Origin: a virus
Lineage: Duplodnaviria > Caudoviricetes
IMG/VR virus record: IMGVR_UViG_3300012952_003952
Location: 96,001-160,000 of that record
Direction: 5' to 3' (one strand)
Length of the DNA stretch: 64,000 nt
Positions 50,705 through 59,203 of the stretch are shown piece by piece. A program made the position numbers and the translations under genes. The notes under the pieces were generated by a model, which saw only the letters and a program-made list of their open reading frames with translations, did not search any database and had not been told where the DNA came from. Each line of letters starts with the position of its first letter. Positions within the stretch are counted from its first letter, which is position 1.

Positions 50705-53700
50705 ATGGCTGAACAGACCTTCCGTTCTCCAGGGTTTTTTGAACAAGAGATAGATCTTTCGCAGAGAGAGAAGGCTCCTAATGGTACCCCTGCAGGTATT
50801 ATTGGAACCGCTGAAAAAGGACCGGCCTTCGTGCCAGTTACCGTAGGTTCTTTTGCAGATTTCGAAACGAGATTTGGAACACTTGACTCAAACCGTTATG
50901 GTCCCTATGCAGTAAGAGAATATTTAAAAAATAAAGATGCAGTAACTTATCTTCGCGTTTTAGGCGCGGGATCTAATGATACCAGTGCAGAGATAAGCAA
51001 CACAGAAAATTATGGATATGTATCCAAAGCAGGATTCATAGTTTCCGGATCGGCCATCGGCGGATTCAAGGGAGACGTTACCCGAAATGACTTTAGAGAT
51101 AGGGGATACGTGCAATTCCTTTGCGCAAGACATTATCTTTCAGCCTCTGAAGCGAATGTTGGATATCCTATTTTCGATGATAATGATTCATTCCCAGATT
51201 TGAACAAAGCCGCGACTCGTAAAGACTCAACAAACGTAGTTAACTTAGTACGCGGAATGATTTTGCCAACAACTGGCTCTAGAGTCTTAGTTTGTGGATG
51301 GGATCATGAGCTTAAAGCAACTAGCGTCCCAAGAGCAGACGTCGCGTCACGAAATGACAACAAGACTTCTGCTGCCTACAACACCTTTAAGATAATAATT
51401 TCATCTTCTGCGGGTACAGGCTTTGCCAACGATGACAATTTACCGGGCTTGAGAATCTATAGTGCTTCTCTAGATCCAAATAACCAAAATTACATTGGAA
51501 AAGTTTTAAATACTGATCCATGGAAATTCCAAGAGAAGCAACACCTTCTTTGGGCTGATTTCCCCGTAGAGCACGAAGTCGCTCCAGTTTCAAATGTCAG
51601 CGGTTCGATTGGAATCAGTTCCGGATCTGCTGCTACTGCTACTGGAACAAACGCTGTCGATGAGCCGTGGAGAACTTCTTTTGGAAGATTTGACACTAGA
51701 TACCAAACACCACAAACGCCTGCGATTATATCACAGCCTTTCGGTAACCTCGAGTATGACTTGTTCCACTTTGAGTCTTTGTCTGATGGTGCATATGCAA
51801 ACTCTAAACTGAAAGTGTCTATTGCCAATGTCCGGGCCTCTACTGATGAATCTAACCCATACGGAACATTCGAAGTTCAGCTTAGAAAATTCGATGACAC
51901 CGACATGGCTAGAGAGATCGTAGAGCAGTATCCAGAATGTACTCTAGATCCAAATGATGATCGCTTCATCGGCCGCCAAATTGGAGATAAGAAAGTTTAT
52001 TTCGACTTTGATGCAGACGATCCAGAAGAGCGCAGGCTCGTAATGGGCGGAAAATATCCAAATGTATCTGCGAACATTAGAGTAGTAATAAATGACGCAG
52101 TCTACAGAGGCGATGTACCAAAAGAATCTGTTCCATTCGGTTTCCGTGGAATTCCAGTCTTAAAGACCACTGATAGTTTTACAGATCTTTCTGATAAGCT
52201 TATCACTGGCTGGGAAGGCGATGATATTGGATCTTCTGGAACTAGAACAGCTCTAGTCACCGGTGATCATGGTAGTGGTTCTTGGGGACACGGTCTTACT
52301 GGATCTATCCTTCCACCACTTCCCTACAGGTTCAAGTGCACTAGAGGACTAGTAAAAGCTTCTCCAAGCTTCTCCGGAGAGCCTGGCAAGAATGAAAGAG
52401 CAGACTCAAGACTATATTGGGGCTCAATGCCCACAAGAGTACCACTGACAGGATCAGTTACTTCCGCCTGCTTAGACGCAAACGTTGGAAGTACGGTAAA
52501 CGAACTCGTTAGAGGTTATACTACCTTCCAGGGTATCGTGAAACTAGATAACTTAGTTACTGGCTCCGGTGCAGATGCTTTCAATAACAATAAGTTCACG
52601 CTAGCAAGAGTGGCACTTTACAATACTGAAACTAACCTAAGCAAAATCACGGGTTCTGCTGCAGAGCATATGTTAGATGCCGCTTATATAAGAAATGGAA
52701 TCTATAGTGCCACTGATTATACCATCAGCGATGGTGTCCGGGCTGGAAGGTTGACGTTGGCGACTCTAGTTAACTCTAGTTCTATTAAGTTCAATCGATT
52801 CCAAGATTATGCTAAGTTTACTATGCCATTCTTCGGTGGATTCGACGGGTTAAACGTTCTAGACAAAGATAGTGCTTTAATGAACGACCGTTCAGCTTCT
52901 ACTGATCCTAAGGGATTAGCTGGAGACGATCCTCCCGGAGGAGGCCTCGGACTGGCAAACACTGAAAATGGTGGAATGTCCGGAAGAGATAGACAAAACA
53001 ACGCAGTTTTCTCTTACAGAAAAGCTGTTGAAATAATGACTGATCCAATGATTGTTAACACTAACATCTTGGCCGTTCCAGGCATTAGAGATCCATACAT
53101 CACAGACTTAGCTTCAGATAGAACAAGAGATTATTCTATGGCTATATACCTCATGGATATTCAACACTACGACGAAGATGAAAACAGACTCTATAATTCT
53201 GATTCTGCAAAGAGAGATGTTAGAGAAACTGCTGAGCAGTTCGAAAGCCGTAGAGTTAATAACAACTATGTCGCTACATACTTCCCAGATGTTTATATTG
53301 ATGATCCAATCAACAATAGATCTGTACAAGTTCCATCTTCCGTAGTTGCTCTTGGAGCTTTGGGTTACAACGATACTGTTTCTTATCCTTGGTTCGCACC
53401 TGCTGGATTCAACAGAGGCGCGCTAGATAATGTTAGAAACACAGTTGTAAGACTAACGGCTGGAGACCGAGACGAGTTGTATGACGCTAGAATTAATCCA
53501 ATTGCGAACTTCCCAAGTGGCGGATTCGTTATCTTTGGACAAAAGACACTACAACTCGCGAAAAGCGCTCTAGACAGAGTAAACGTTCGCAGAATGTTGC
53601 TGGAAGTCAAGAGACTCGTTGTACAAGTCGCAGATCGACTGCTCTTCGAGCCGAATACACCAGCCACAAGAGCTAAGTTTACTTCGCAAGTAGCACCAAT

Positions 53701-53887
53701 CCTTGCTTTAGTGCAATCTCAAGCAGGTATAGAAAAATTCGCGGTTGTTATGGATGACACCAATAATACAGCGGAAGATATTGAATCAAATAGACTAAAT
53801 GGTAGAATCGTCGTCGTACCTACGAGATCTATCGAATTCATCGCTATCGACTTTATCATCACAAATAGTGGCGTGTTGTTCTTGTAG
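50705..53887 (+). CDS. gp18: Tail sheath protein 1 (gp18-like; 1060 aa)
   Basis: FRSPGFFEQEIDLS N-terminus; C-terminal WFAPAGFNRG, INPIANFP, GQKTLQ, SALDRVNVRRML, FEPN, PTRSIEFIAIDF. Confidence 0.93.
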   Translation: MAEQTFRSPGFFEQEIDLSQREKAPNGTPAGIIGTAEKGPAFVPVTVGSFADFETRFGTLDSNRYGPYAVREYLKNKDAVTYLRVLGAGSNDTSAEISNTENYGYVSKAGFIVSGSAIGGFKGDVTRNDFRDRGYVQFLCARHYLSASEANVGYPIFDDNDSFPDLNKAATRKDSTNVVNLVRGMILPTTGSRVLVCGWDHELKATSVPRADVASRNDNKTSAAYNTFKIIISSSAGTGFANDDNLPGLRIYSASLDPNNQNYIGKVLNTDPWKFQEKQHLLWADFPVEHEVAPVSNVSGSIGISSGSAATATGTNAVDEPWRTSFGRFDTRYQTPQTPAIISQPFGNLEYDLFHFESLSDGAYANSKLKVSIANVRASTDESNPYGTFEVQLRKFDDTDMAREIVEQYPECTLDPNDDRFIGRQIGDKKVYFDFDADDPEERRLVMGGKYPNVSANIRVVINDAVYRGDVPKESVPFGFRGIPVLKTTDSFTDLSDKLITGWEGDDIGSSGTRTALVTGDHGSGSWGHGLTGSILPPLPYRFKCTRGLVKASPSFSGEPGKNERADSRLYWGSMPTRVPLTGSVTSACLDANVGSTVNELVRGYTTFQGIVKLDNLVTGSGADAFNNNKFTLARVALYNTETNLSKITGSAAEHMLDAAYIRNGIYSATDYTISDGVRAGRLTLATLVNSSSIKFNRFQDYAKFTMPFFGGFDGLNVLDKDSALMNDRSASTDPKGLAGDDPPGGGLGLANTENGGMSGRDRQNNAVFSYRKAVEIMTDPMIVNTNILAVPGIRDPYITDLASDRTRDYSMAIYLMDIQHYDEDENRLYNSDSAKRDVRETAEQFESRRVNNNYVATYFPDVYIDDPINNRSVQVPSSVVALGALGYNDTVSYPWFAPAGFNRGALDNVRNTVVRLTAGDRDELYDARINPIANFPSGGFVIFGQKTLQLAKSALDRVNVRRMLLEVKRLVVQVADRLLFEPNTPATRAKFTSQVAPILALVQSQAGIEKFAVVMDDTNNTAEDIESNRLNGRIVVVPTRSIEFIAIDFIITNSGVLFL

Positions 53888-53897
53888 TGAATAATTA
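53888..53897 (+). promoter_or_regulatory. Putative late-promoter motif variant TGAATAATTA upstream of sheath 2
   Basis: One mismatch from TGAATATTTA. Confidence 0.4.
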
Positions 53898-53928
53898 CTG
53901 GTAATAGAAATTTTAGGAGCATAAATAA

Positions 53929-56900
53929 ATGGCTGAATTAACTTTTAAAAGTCCAGGGGTATCAACTAGGGAGATAGATCTTTCTGGTCCCACTTCGGTT
54001 GCACCCCAGGGAACCCCAGCAGGAATAATCGCTACAGCGAACCAAGGACCTGCCTTCGTTCCTGTAACTGTGGCGACTTATCAAGACTTCGTTGCTACTT
54101 TTGGACAGTCAAACGGTGAAATGTTTGGTCCGCTAGCAATGAATGAGAGGATGAGAAACGCAAAAGCGGGAACCTATTTAAGGGTTCTTGGTGTAGGAGA
54201 CGGTAAAAAGAGGCTTACTTCTGATTCTACCGACGCAGCTGGAGCCAACATCTATGCGGGAGCAGTTAAAAATGCTGGCTTCATTGTTGGCCAAAAGCAG
54301 GTTAACGACAAAGGTAGCTTAGCAACCAACCCGTTCGCATATGATTACGGCTTGTCAGGCGCAACCTACATGTTGGGATGTTTGATGTCAGAATCTAACG
54401 GTTCTTCAATCTTCTCAGATGCGGGATTACAGCATAAGACGAAAGCTCATAAAAACGCTGGATCAAAAGCGATCCCAATTTTGCGAGCTGTAGTGATGGT
54501 AGCATCTGGAGTTACTATTGGTCTATCTGGAAACCTTGATGGAAATCTCAACACGGTAGTGACAGCTTCTACTGCTGGATCTACTGGAATATTCTCTGCA
54601 TCTGCAGATGGAGGATACAGTTGGGGAGAAATCGATGTGCAATCGGCAAACCATTATAACTTTATAATGTTGTTGAATGGCCATAAGAGTACAGCCCAGT
54701 ATCCCAACACGATTACCGCTTCCATGTCACCATGGAGTCCATCCTATTTTACTAACGTGTTCAACACAGACCCAACGAAGATCCAAGATGCTGGTTACTG
54801 TATGTATGCCCACTATGACATCGCTCCTACCATGGCGGTTGTTACAGGCTCTGGTATCGTTTCGACGACTCACTGGTCTGGATCATACTCAGCTCAAAAT
54901 ACTGAGCCGGCTATATTCGCTTTCACGTCTTCTATGGGCCCTAACGCCGGAAGCACCACGAAGCCAAACTATGAAAACTTTAGTGACAGGTTCCGTACAG
55001 CGAAAAGCCCTTGGGTTGTATCTCAACAGTACGGTGGCCAAAACAGAGACTTGTTTAAACTGCATTGTCTAGATGATGGCGCTTATCCAAATACACTCAC
55101 AAAAATCTCGATTAGTAACTACAAGAAAGCAGAAAAAGATACTGATTATGGTACTTTCGACCTGATGGTAAGAGCGTTTGGAGATACGGACAGCGAGCCT
55201 GAAATTCTTGAATCTTATATGGGAGTAGATCTCAACCCAGGATCTGACAACTATATCGCTCGTCGAATTGGCGATATTCATCGATATTTTGACTTCGACC
55301 ATGCTGCTGCTAGCCAAAAACTTGTAGTGGAGGGAACACACCCGAATATGAGCAAGTACGTTAGAGTTCAAATGCACGGAGAGCTAGAAGCTGGAAACAT
55401 TTCAACCACAGCTCTTCCAGTTGGATACAGAGGTCCTCACCACTTAGTTACTTCTGGTTCGAGTATTTTCAATGGAGGGTATCCCAACCATCCGACCGTT
55501 ACCGGATCTAATGCAGATAGCGGTTTTCATCACGTGAAAGCTAAAAACTCGATTATCGGTGAAACTGCTATTGCTGCAATGGTAGAACCTCCAATTCCGT
55601 ACAGACTCTGCATCTCTAACAATAAAGGAGACAAGAGGACTGCTAACTCAAGCTACTATTGGGGAGTTCAATTTACTAAACAGGACAAACTTTACAACAA
55701 TGATAGTAACTCAAGCAGGATTCTTGATCCCTCTTTAGCTTCTTACACTAAATACTATCCAGTGTTTGCCACTGGCCAGCGCTCTGTTTCGGTTGGAGAC
55801 AACGCTGGAACAGTAGACAGCTCAGGTACTGTTCTAGATTCAGACAAGTTCAATAATAACCTTTTCACTCTAGAAAAAGTACAAGTTCATACCAAGTCGG
55901 CATCTGAAGATAAGGTTGATTCTAAAGAGTGGGCTTTCGCAGTTTATCGAAGAAACGGCGTCTTGTCTTCTTCGCTGATGAAATCTGACGGAACATATAC
56001 CCAGGGAAGATTCTTAAATGTATCTAAAGACTTTGGAGATATTGCTTCTCGTAAGTACATGAAATTCACATTCTTCATGCAGGGAGGATTCGATGGAGTC
56101 AACATCTTTAACAAAGATAAAGCACAGCTCCTAAATGCTGCCGCAATGAGAGAGATGGATGATGAAAGCCAAGGATTTTCATCCGGTCCAACTGTTGCAA
56201 CTTATAGAAAAGCAATCGACGTTATGTCCGAAAAATCAGACTCAGACATTATGCTCTTAGCGATTCCAGGTATTCGTGAAACGAACATTACTGACCACGC
56301 GATAGATCAGACTGAAGCTAGATTCGATGCCATGTATATCATGGATATCGAAGAGAGAGATACCCTGAACAACAAGGTTACTGGATCTGTAGAGGTTGTT
56401 GGAGTAAACAACACTATTACAGACTTCAAATCTAGAAATCTAGATAGTTCTTTCGCGGCGGCCTATTTCCCTGACACATATATTACAGATCCACACACCA
56501 ACACTATCGTTCGCTGTCCACCATCTGTATCAGTCATTGGAGCTATGTCTCTAAACGATAAGGTTGCATTCCCATGGTATGCACCAGCTGGTTTCACTCG
56601 AGGAGCTCTGTCTTCAACTCTCTACTCTCACGTTAAACTAAGTAGAGCTAACTTAGACACCATTTATGATGGAGACGTTAATCCGATCACAGCATTCCCA
56701 ACTTCAGATGGAGTTGTAGTCTTTGGTCAGAAAACTCTGCTTCAAGCAGCTAGCGCACTCGATAGAGTTAATGTTAGAAGGCTTTTGATTGACATTCGTA
56801 GAAAAGTCAGAAAAATTGCCGATACGTTCCTATTTGAACCTAACCGAGCAGATACTTTAGCTAGATTCTCAGCTTCAGTTAGTCCAGTACTCACCAGAAT

Positions 56901-57072
56901 TCAACAGCAACAAGGGCTTGATAAGTTCAAGGTGCTGATTGATACCACCACCACTACGCAAGCGGATGTAGAAAATAATACCATTAGAGGAAAAATATTC
57001 TTACAGCCAACCCGCAGTGTTGAATTCATCTCATTAGATTTCGTTGTTACAAATAATGGAACAGAGATTTAA
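53929..57072 (+). CDS. gp18: Tail sheath protein 2 (gp18-like; 1047 aa)
   Basis: FKSPGVSTREIDLS; WYAPAGFTRG, VNPITAFP, GQKTLL, SALDRVNVRRLL, FEPN, PTRSVEFISLDF. Confidence 0.93.
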   Translation: MAELTFKSPGVSTREIDLSGPTSVAPQGTPAGIIATANQGPAFVPVTVATYQDFVATFGQSNGEMFGPLAMNERMRNAKAGTYLRVLGVGDGKKRLTSDSTDAAGANIYAGAVKNAGFIVGQKQVNDKGSLATNPFAYDYGLSGATYMLGCLMSESNGSSIFSDAGLQHKTKAHKNAGSKAIPILRAVVMVASGVTIGLSGNLDGNLNTVVTASTAGSTGIFSASADGGYSWGEIDVQSANHYNFIMLLNGHKSTAQYPNTITASMSPWSPSYFTNVFNTDPTKIQDAGYCMYAHYDIAPTMAVVTGSGIVSTTHWSGSYSAQNTEPAIFAFTSSMGPNAGSTTKPNYENFSDRFRTAKSPWVVSQQYGGQNRDLFKLHCLDDGAYPNTLTKISISNYKKAEKDTDYGTFDLMVRAFGDTDSEPEILESYMGVDLNPGSDNYIARRIGDIHRYFDFDHAAASQKLVVEGTHPNMSKYVRVQMHGELEAGNISTTALPVGYRGPHHLVTSGSSIFNGGYPNHPTVTGSNADSGFHHVKAKNSIIGETAIAAMVEPPIPYRLCISNNKGDKRTANSSYYWGVQFTKQDKLYNNDSNSSRILDPSLASYTKYYPVFATGQRSVSVGDNAGTVDSSGTVLDSDKFNNNLFTLEKVQVHTKSASEDKVDSKEWAFAVYRRNGVLSSSLMKSDGTYTQGRFLNVSKDFGDIASRKYMKFTFFMQGGFDGVNIFNKDKAQLLNAAAMREMDDESQGFSSGPTVATYRKAIDVMSEKSDSDIMLLAIPGIRETNITDHAIDQTEARFDAMYIMDIEERDTLNNKVTGSVEVVGVNNTITDFKSRNLDSSFAAAYFPDTYITDPHTNTIVRCPPSVSVIGAMSLNDKVAFPWYAPAGFTRGALSSTLYSHVKLSRANLDTIYDGDVNPITAFPTSDGVVVFGQKTLLQAASALDRVNVRRLLIDIRRKVRKIADTFLFEPNRADTLARFSASVSPVLTRIQQQQGLDKFKVLIDTTTTTQADVENNTIRGKIFLQPTRSVEFISLDFVVTNNGTEI

Positions 57073-57112
57073 TTTGCTTAATACTTATATTATACCTTAA
57101 GGAGAAAAGAAA

Positions 57113-57601
57113 ATGGCAGAAACTCTCGCAGTTCAAGATATGCTTCCAAACAAATTTGAGCCTAAAAGAAAATTTAGATGGATATTTGCTATCGAAGGAA
57201 TTGATGCTTTCCTAATGAAAACAGCATCTCGACCAAATGTTACTATTTCTGAACAAGAAATGCACTTTATCAACTCACGTCGATATCTTGCTGGAAAACT
57301 AAATTACGATGCAATAAGCGTAACTCTGTACGATCCAATCGCACCTTCTGGAGCTCAGCAGGTAATGGAATGGGTACGTACTCACTCAGAAACAGTCTCT
57401 GGCCGTTCTGGTTACGCAGATTTCTACAAGAGAGATTGCCAGCTTAAAATGCTGGATCCAGTAGGAACAGTTGTTGAACTTTGGGATCTTAAAGGTTGCT
57501 TTTTAACTAACGCAAACTTCAATGATCTAGATTATGGCGCTGAAGATCCAACCGAAATCGCGTTGACGATTCGATTCGATAATTGCGTACTTCAATACTG
57601 A
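57113..57601 (+). CDS. gp19: Tail tube protein (T4 gp19-like; 162 aa)
   Basis: SRPNVTI...YLAGKLNYDAISVTLYD...ELWDLKGCFL...EIALTIRFD; follows the sheath genes; AAGGAG SD. Confidence 0.88.
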   Translation: MAETLAVQDMLPNKFEPKRKFRWIFAIEGIDAFLMKTASRPNVTISEQEMHFINSRRYLAGKLNYDAISVTLYDPIAPSGAQQVMEWVRTHSETVSGRSGYADFYKRDCQLKMLDPVGTVVELWDLKGCFLTNANFNDLDYGAEDPTEIALTIRFDNCVLQY

Positions 57602-57640
57602 TATTTTATCCATTTTCTTTTTAGTTTTGAACTGTATCAG

Positions 57641-57674
57641 CAGCCCCGTTTAAATACGGGGCTGTTTTATTTTA
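57641..57674 (+). terminator. Rho-independent terminator after tail tube
   Basis: CAGCCCCGT-TTAAAT-ACGGGGCTG followed by TTTTATTTT. Confidence 0.88.
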
Positions 57675-57729
57675 CAAGCTAGAAAAATGGTAAAAATTAT
57701 AATTAAGATATCGCTTTCTAGGAGAATAA

Positions 57730-58596
57730 ATGTCTGATCAAGATAGAGCAAAAAGAAATGAAGTTTTTGGATCTTCAAATAATCCTTCTGGCCACGCTCC
57801 AGGGATCCCAAGTCGAAACGTAATGCGTGATGACTTTGGCTTTGATATTCCAGTAGATACCGTGCCTCTTCCATCAAAGGGAATAGTCTATCCAGTGGAT
57901 TCTCCAATGCATGGAAAAGAAACAGTTCAAATTAGAGCGATGACCGCAAGAGAAGAAGATATTCTGACTTCTAGAGCTCTCATTAAAAATGGTACCGTTA
58001 TTTCAGAACTTCTGAAGTCTTGTATTGTAGATGAGGGTTGGGATCCTATGGCTATGCTTACTGGAGATAGAAATGCTCTGATGACGGCTCTGAGAATTAC
58101 TGGCTATGGATCTGATTATAAGGTTGAAGTCAATTGTCCTGCTTGCGGAGAAAGATCAAAACAAGAATTTGACTTAACTTCACTTCCAATTAAAAGTTTG
58201 GAAATCGAGCCTGTTGCCTTGGGCTCGAATTTGTTTGAAGTAGAATTACCTATCACAAAAAAGAAAGCAAGGTTTAGATTTTTAGACGGCCACGCAGAGC
58301 AAGAAATATCTACAATTTCTGAAAGAAGAAAGAAGTCAGGTCAAAGGACCGATAATTTGGTTACTACAAGACTTCAGTATTCATTGATGCAAGTAGGTAA
58401 TATTACTGATAAATCTAAAATTAATCTTTTTATTAAAAATATGCCAGCTAAAGACTCTCTTTTTCTTAGAAGATACATTGATAAGAATGAGCCTGGAATA
58501 GAGATGAAAGGTTGGGTGGATTGTCCCGCCTGTTTCGAGACATCGGAGGTCAAGATGCCGCTTGGTGCGTCGTTTTTTTGGCCTGACACCGAGTGA
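57730..58596 (+). CDS. Tail/baseplate hub assembly chaperone (T4 gp26-like; 288 aa)
   Basis: VPLPSKG..YP, IRAMTAREEDILT, GDRNALM.ALRI, CPAC twice, C-terminal FFWP; between tube and tape measure genes. Confidence 0.7.
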   Translation: MSDQDRAKRNEVFGSSNNPSGHAPGIPSRNVMRDDFGFDIPVDTVPLPSKGIVYPVDSPMHGKETVQIRAMTAREEDILTSRALIKNGTVISELLKSCIVDEGWDPMAMLTGDRNALMTALRITGYGSDYKVEVNCPACGERSKQEFDLTSLPIKSLEIEPVALGSNLFEVELPITKKKARFRFLDGHAEQEISTISERRKKSGQRTDNLVTTRLQYSLMQVGNITDKSKINLFIKNMPAKDSLFLRRYIDKNEPGIEMKGWVDCPACFETSEVKMPLGASFFWPDTE

Positions 58597-58831
58597 TAAA
58601 GAGATATTTTTAGAACACACTTTCTTATTGATGTATTATGCTGGGTTTGACTACTTAGCGTGCTATAATATGCCTATATGGCAAAGAGTGTGGTTTATTG
58701 AAAGAATAAACAAAGAAATAAAGAGATCTAACGGTCAATCTCACGCTGCCCACCAGAACGATCAAGGCACTAGAGAGATGATGGGTAGAGCGAGAAATCA
58801 AGTTCCGTCTAACTTAAGAAGATTTACGTGA
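58562..58831 (+). CDS. Short gp51-like / chaperone-extension ORF in the +1 frame, overlapping the upstream gene; possibly reached by frameshifting
   Basis: FFGLTPSDKEIFLEHTFLLMYYAGF...YNMPIWQRVWF; only TTG/GTG starts are available before this segment; shares a T7 run with the upstream ORF. Confidence 0.6.
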   Translation: MVRRFFGLTPSDKEIFLEHTFLLMYYAGFDYLACYNMPIWQRVWFIERINKEIKRSNGQSHAAHQNDQGTREMMGRARNQVPSNLRRFT

Positions 58832-58859
58832 GGGTAATATTTATATCCAGAGGTGCAGT

Positions 58860-59120
58860 ATGTCTAATGAAAATAAAGATGGAGAAAAGAAACTTTTCGC
58901 TTCGTCTGCCGCATATATTTTAGGTCTCGGCCCAGTACAAAAGATAAAAGGTTCTGTAGTTCAAATAGAGTCATATCAAAAAGTGTTGTTGGCCTCAAGA
59001 GTTCTTTTCGAAGCTCTTAAAAATAACGAATCTTCTGAAAAGATATTTTCTTTAATCCAAGAAAAGAAAGATAGAGCTAAAGAGCTATATCTTCACACTG
59101 GATTACGCTGGCCATTTTAG
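58860..59120 (+). CDS. Hypothetical protein upstream of tape measure (86 aa)
   Basis: GAGGTG SD; helical. Confidence 0.6.
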   Translation: MSNENKDGEKKLFASSAAYILGLGPVQKIKGSVVQIESYQKVLLASRVLFEALKNNESSEKIFSLIQEKKDRAKELYLHTGLRWPF

Positions 59121-59203
59121 TTTTCTGACTGGACAGAATTAATAACGCAAACTTCTGTTAGAGATATTTAATACATAGGTAAACAATATCTTCGGGAAAA
59201 TAA

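Noticed and set aside
58572-58586. P2-type -1 frameshift at TTTTTTG
   Set aside because: The -1 frame hits TGA at 58584-58586 after two codons; only the +1/-2 frame gives an extension.
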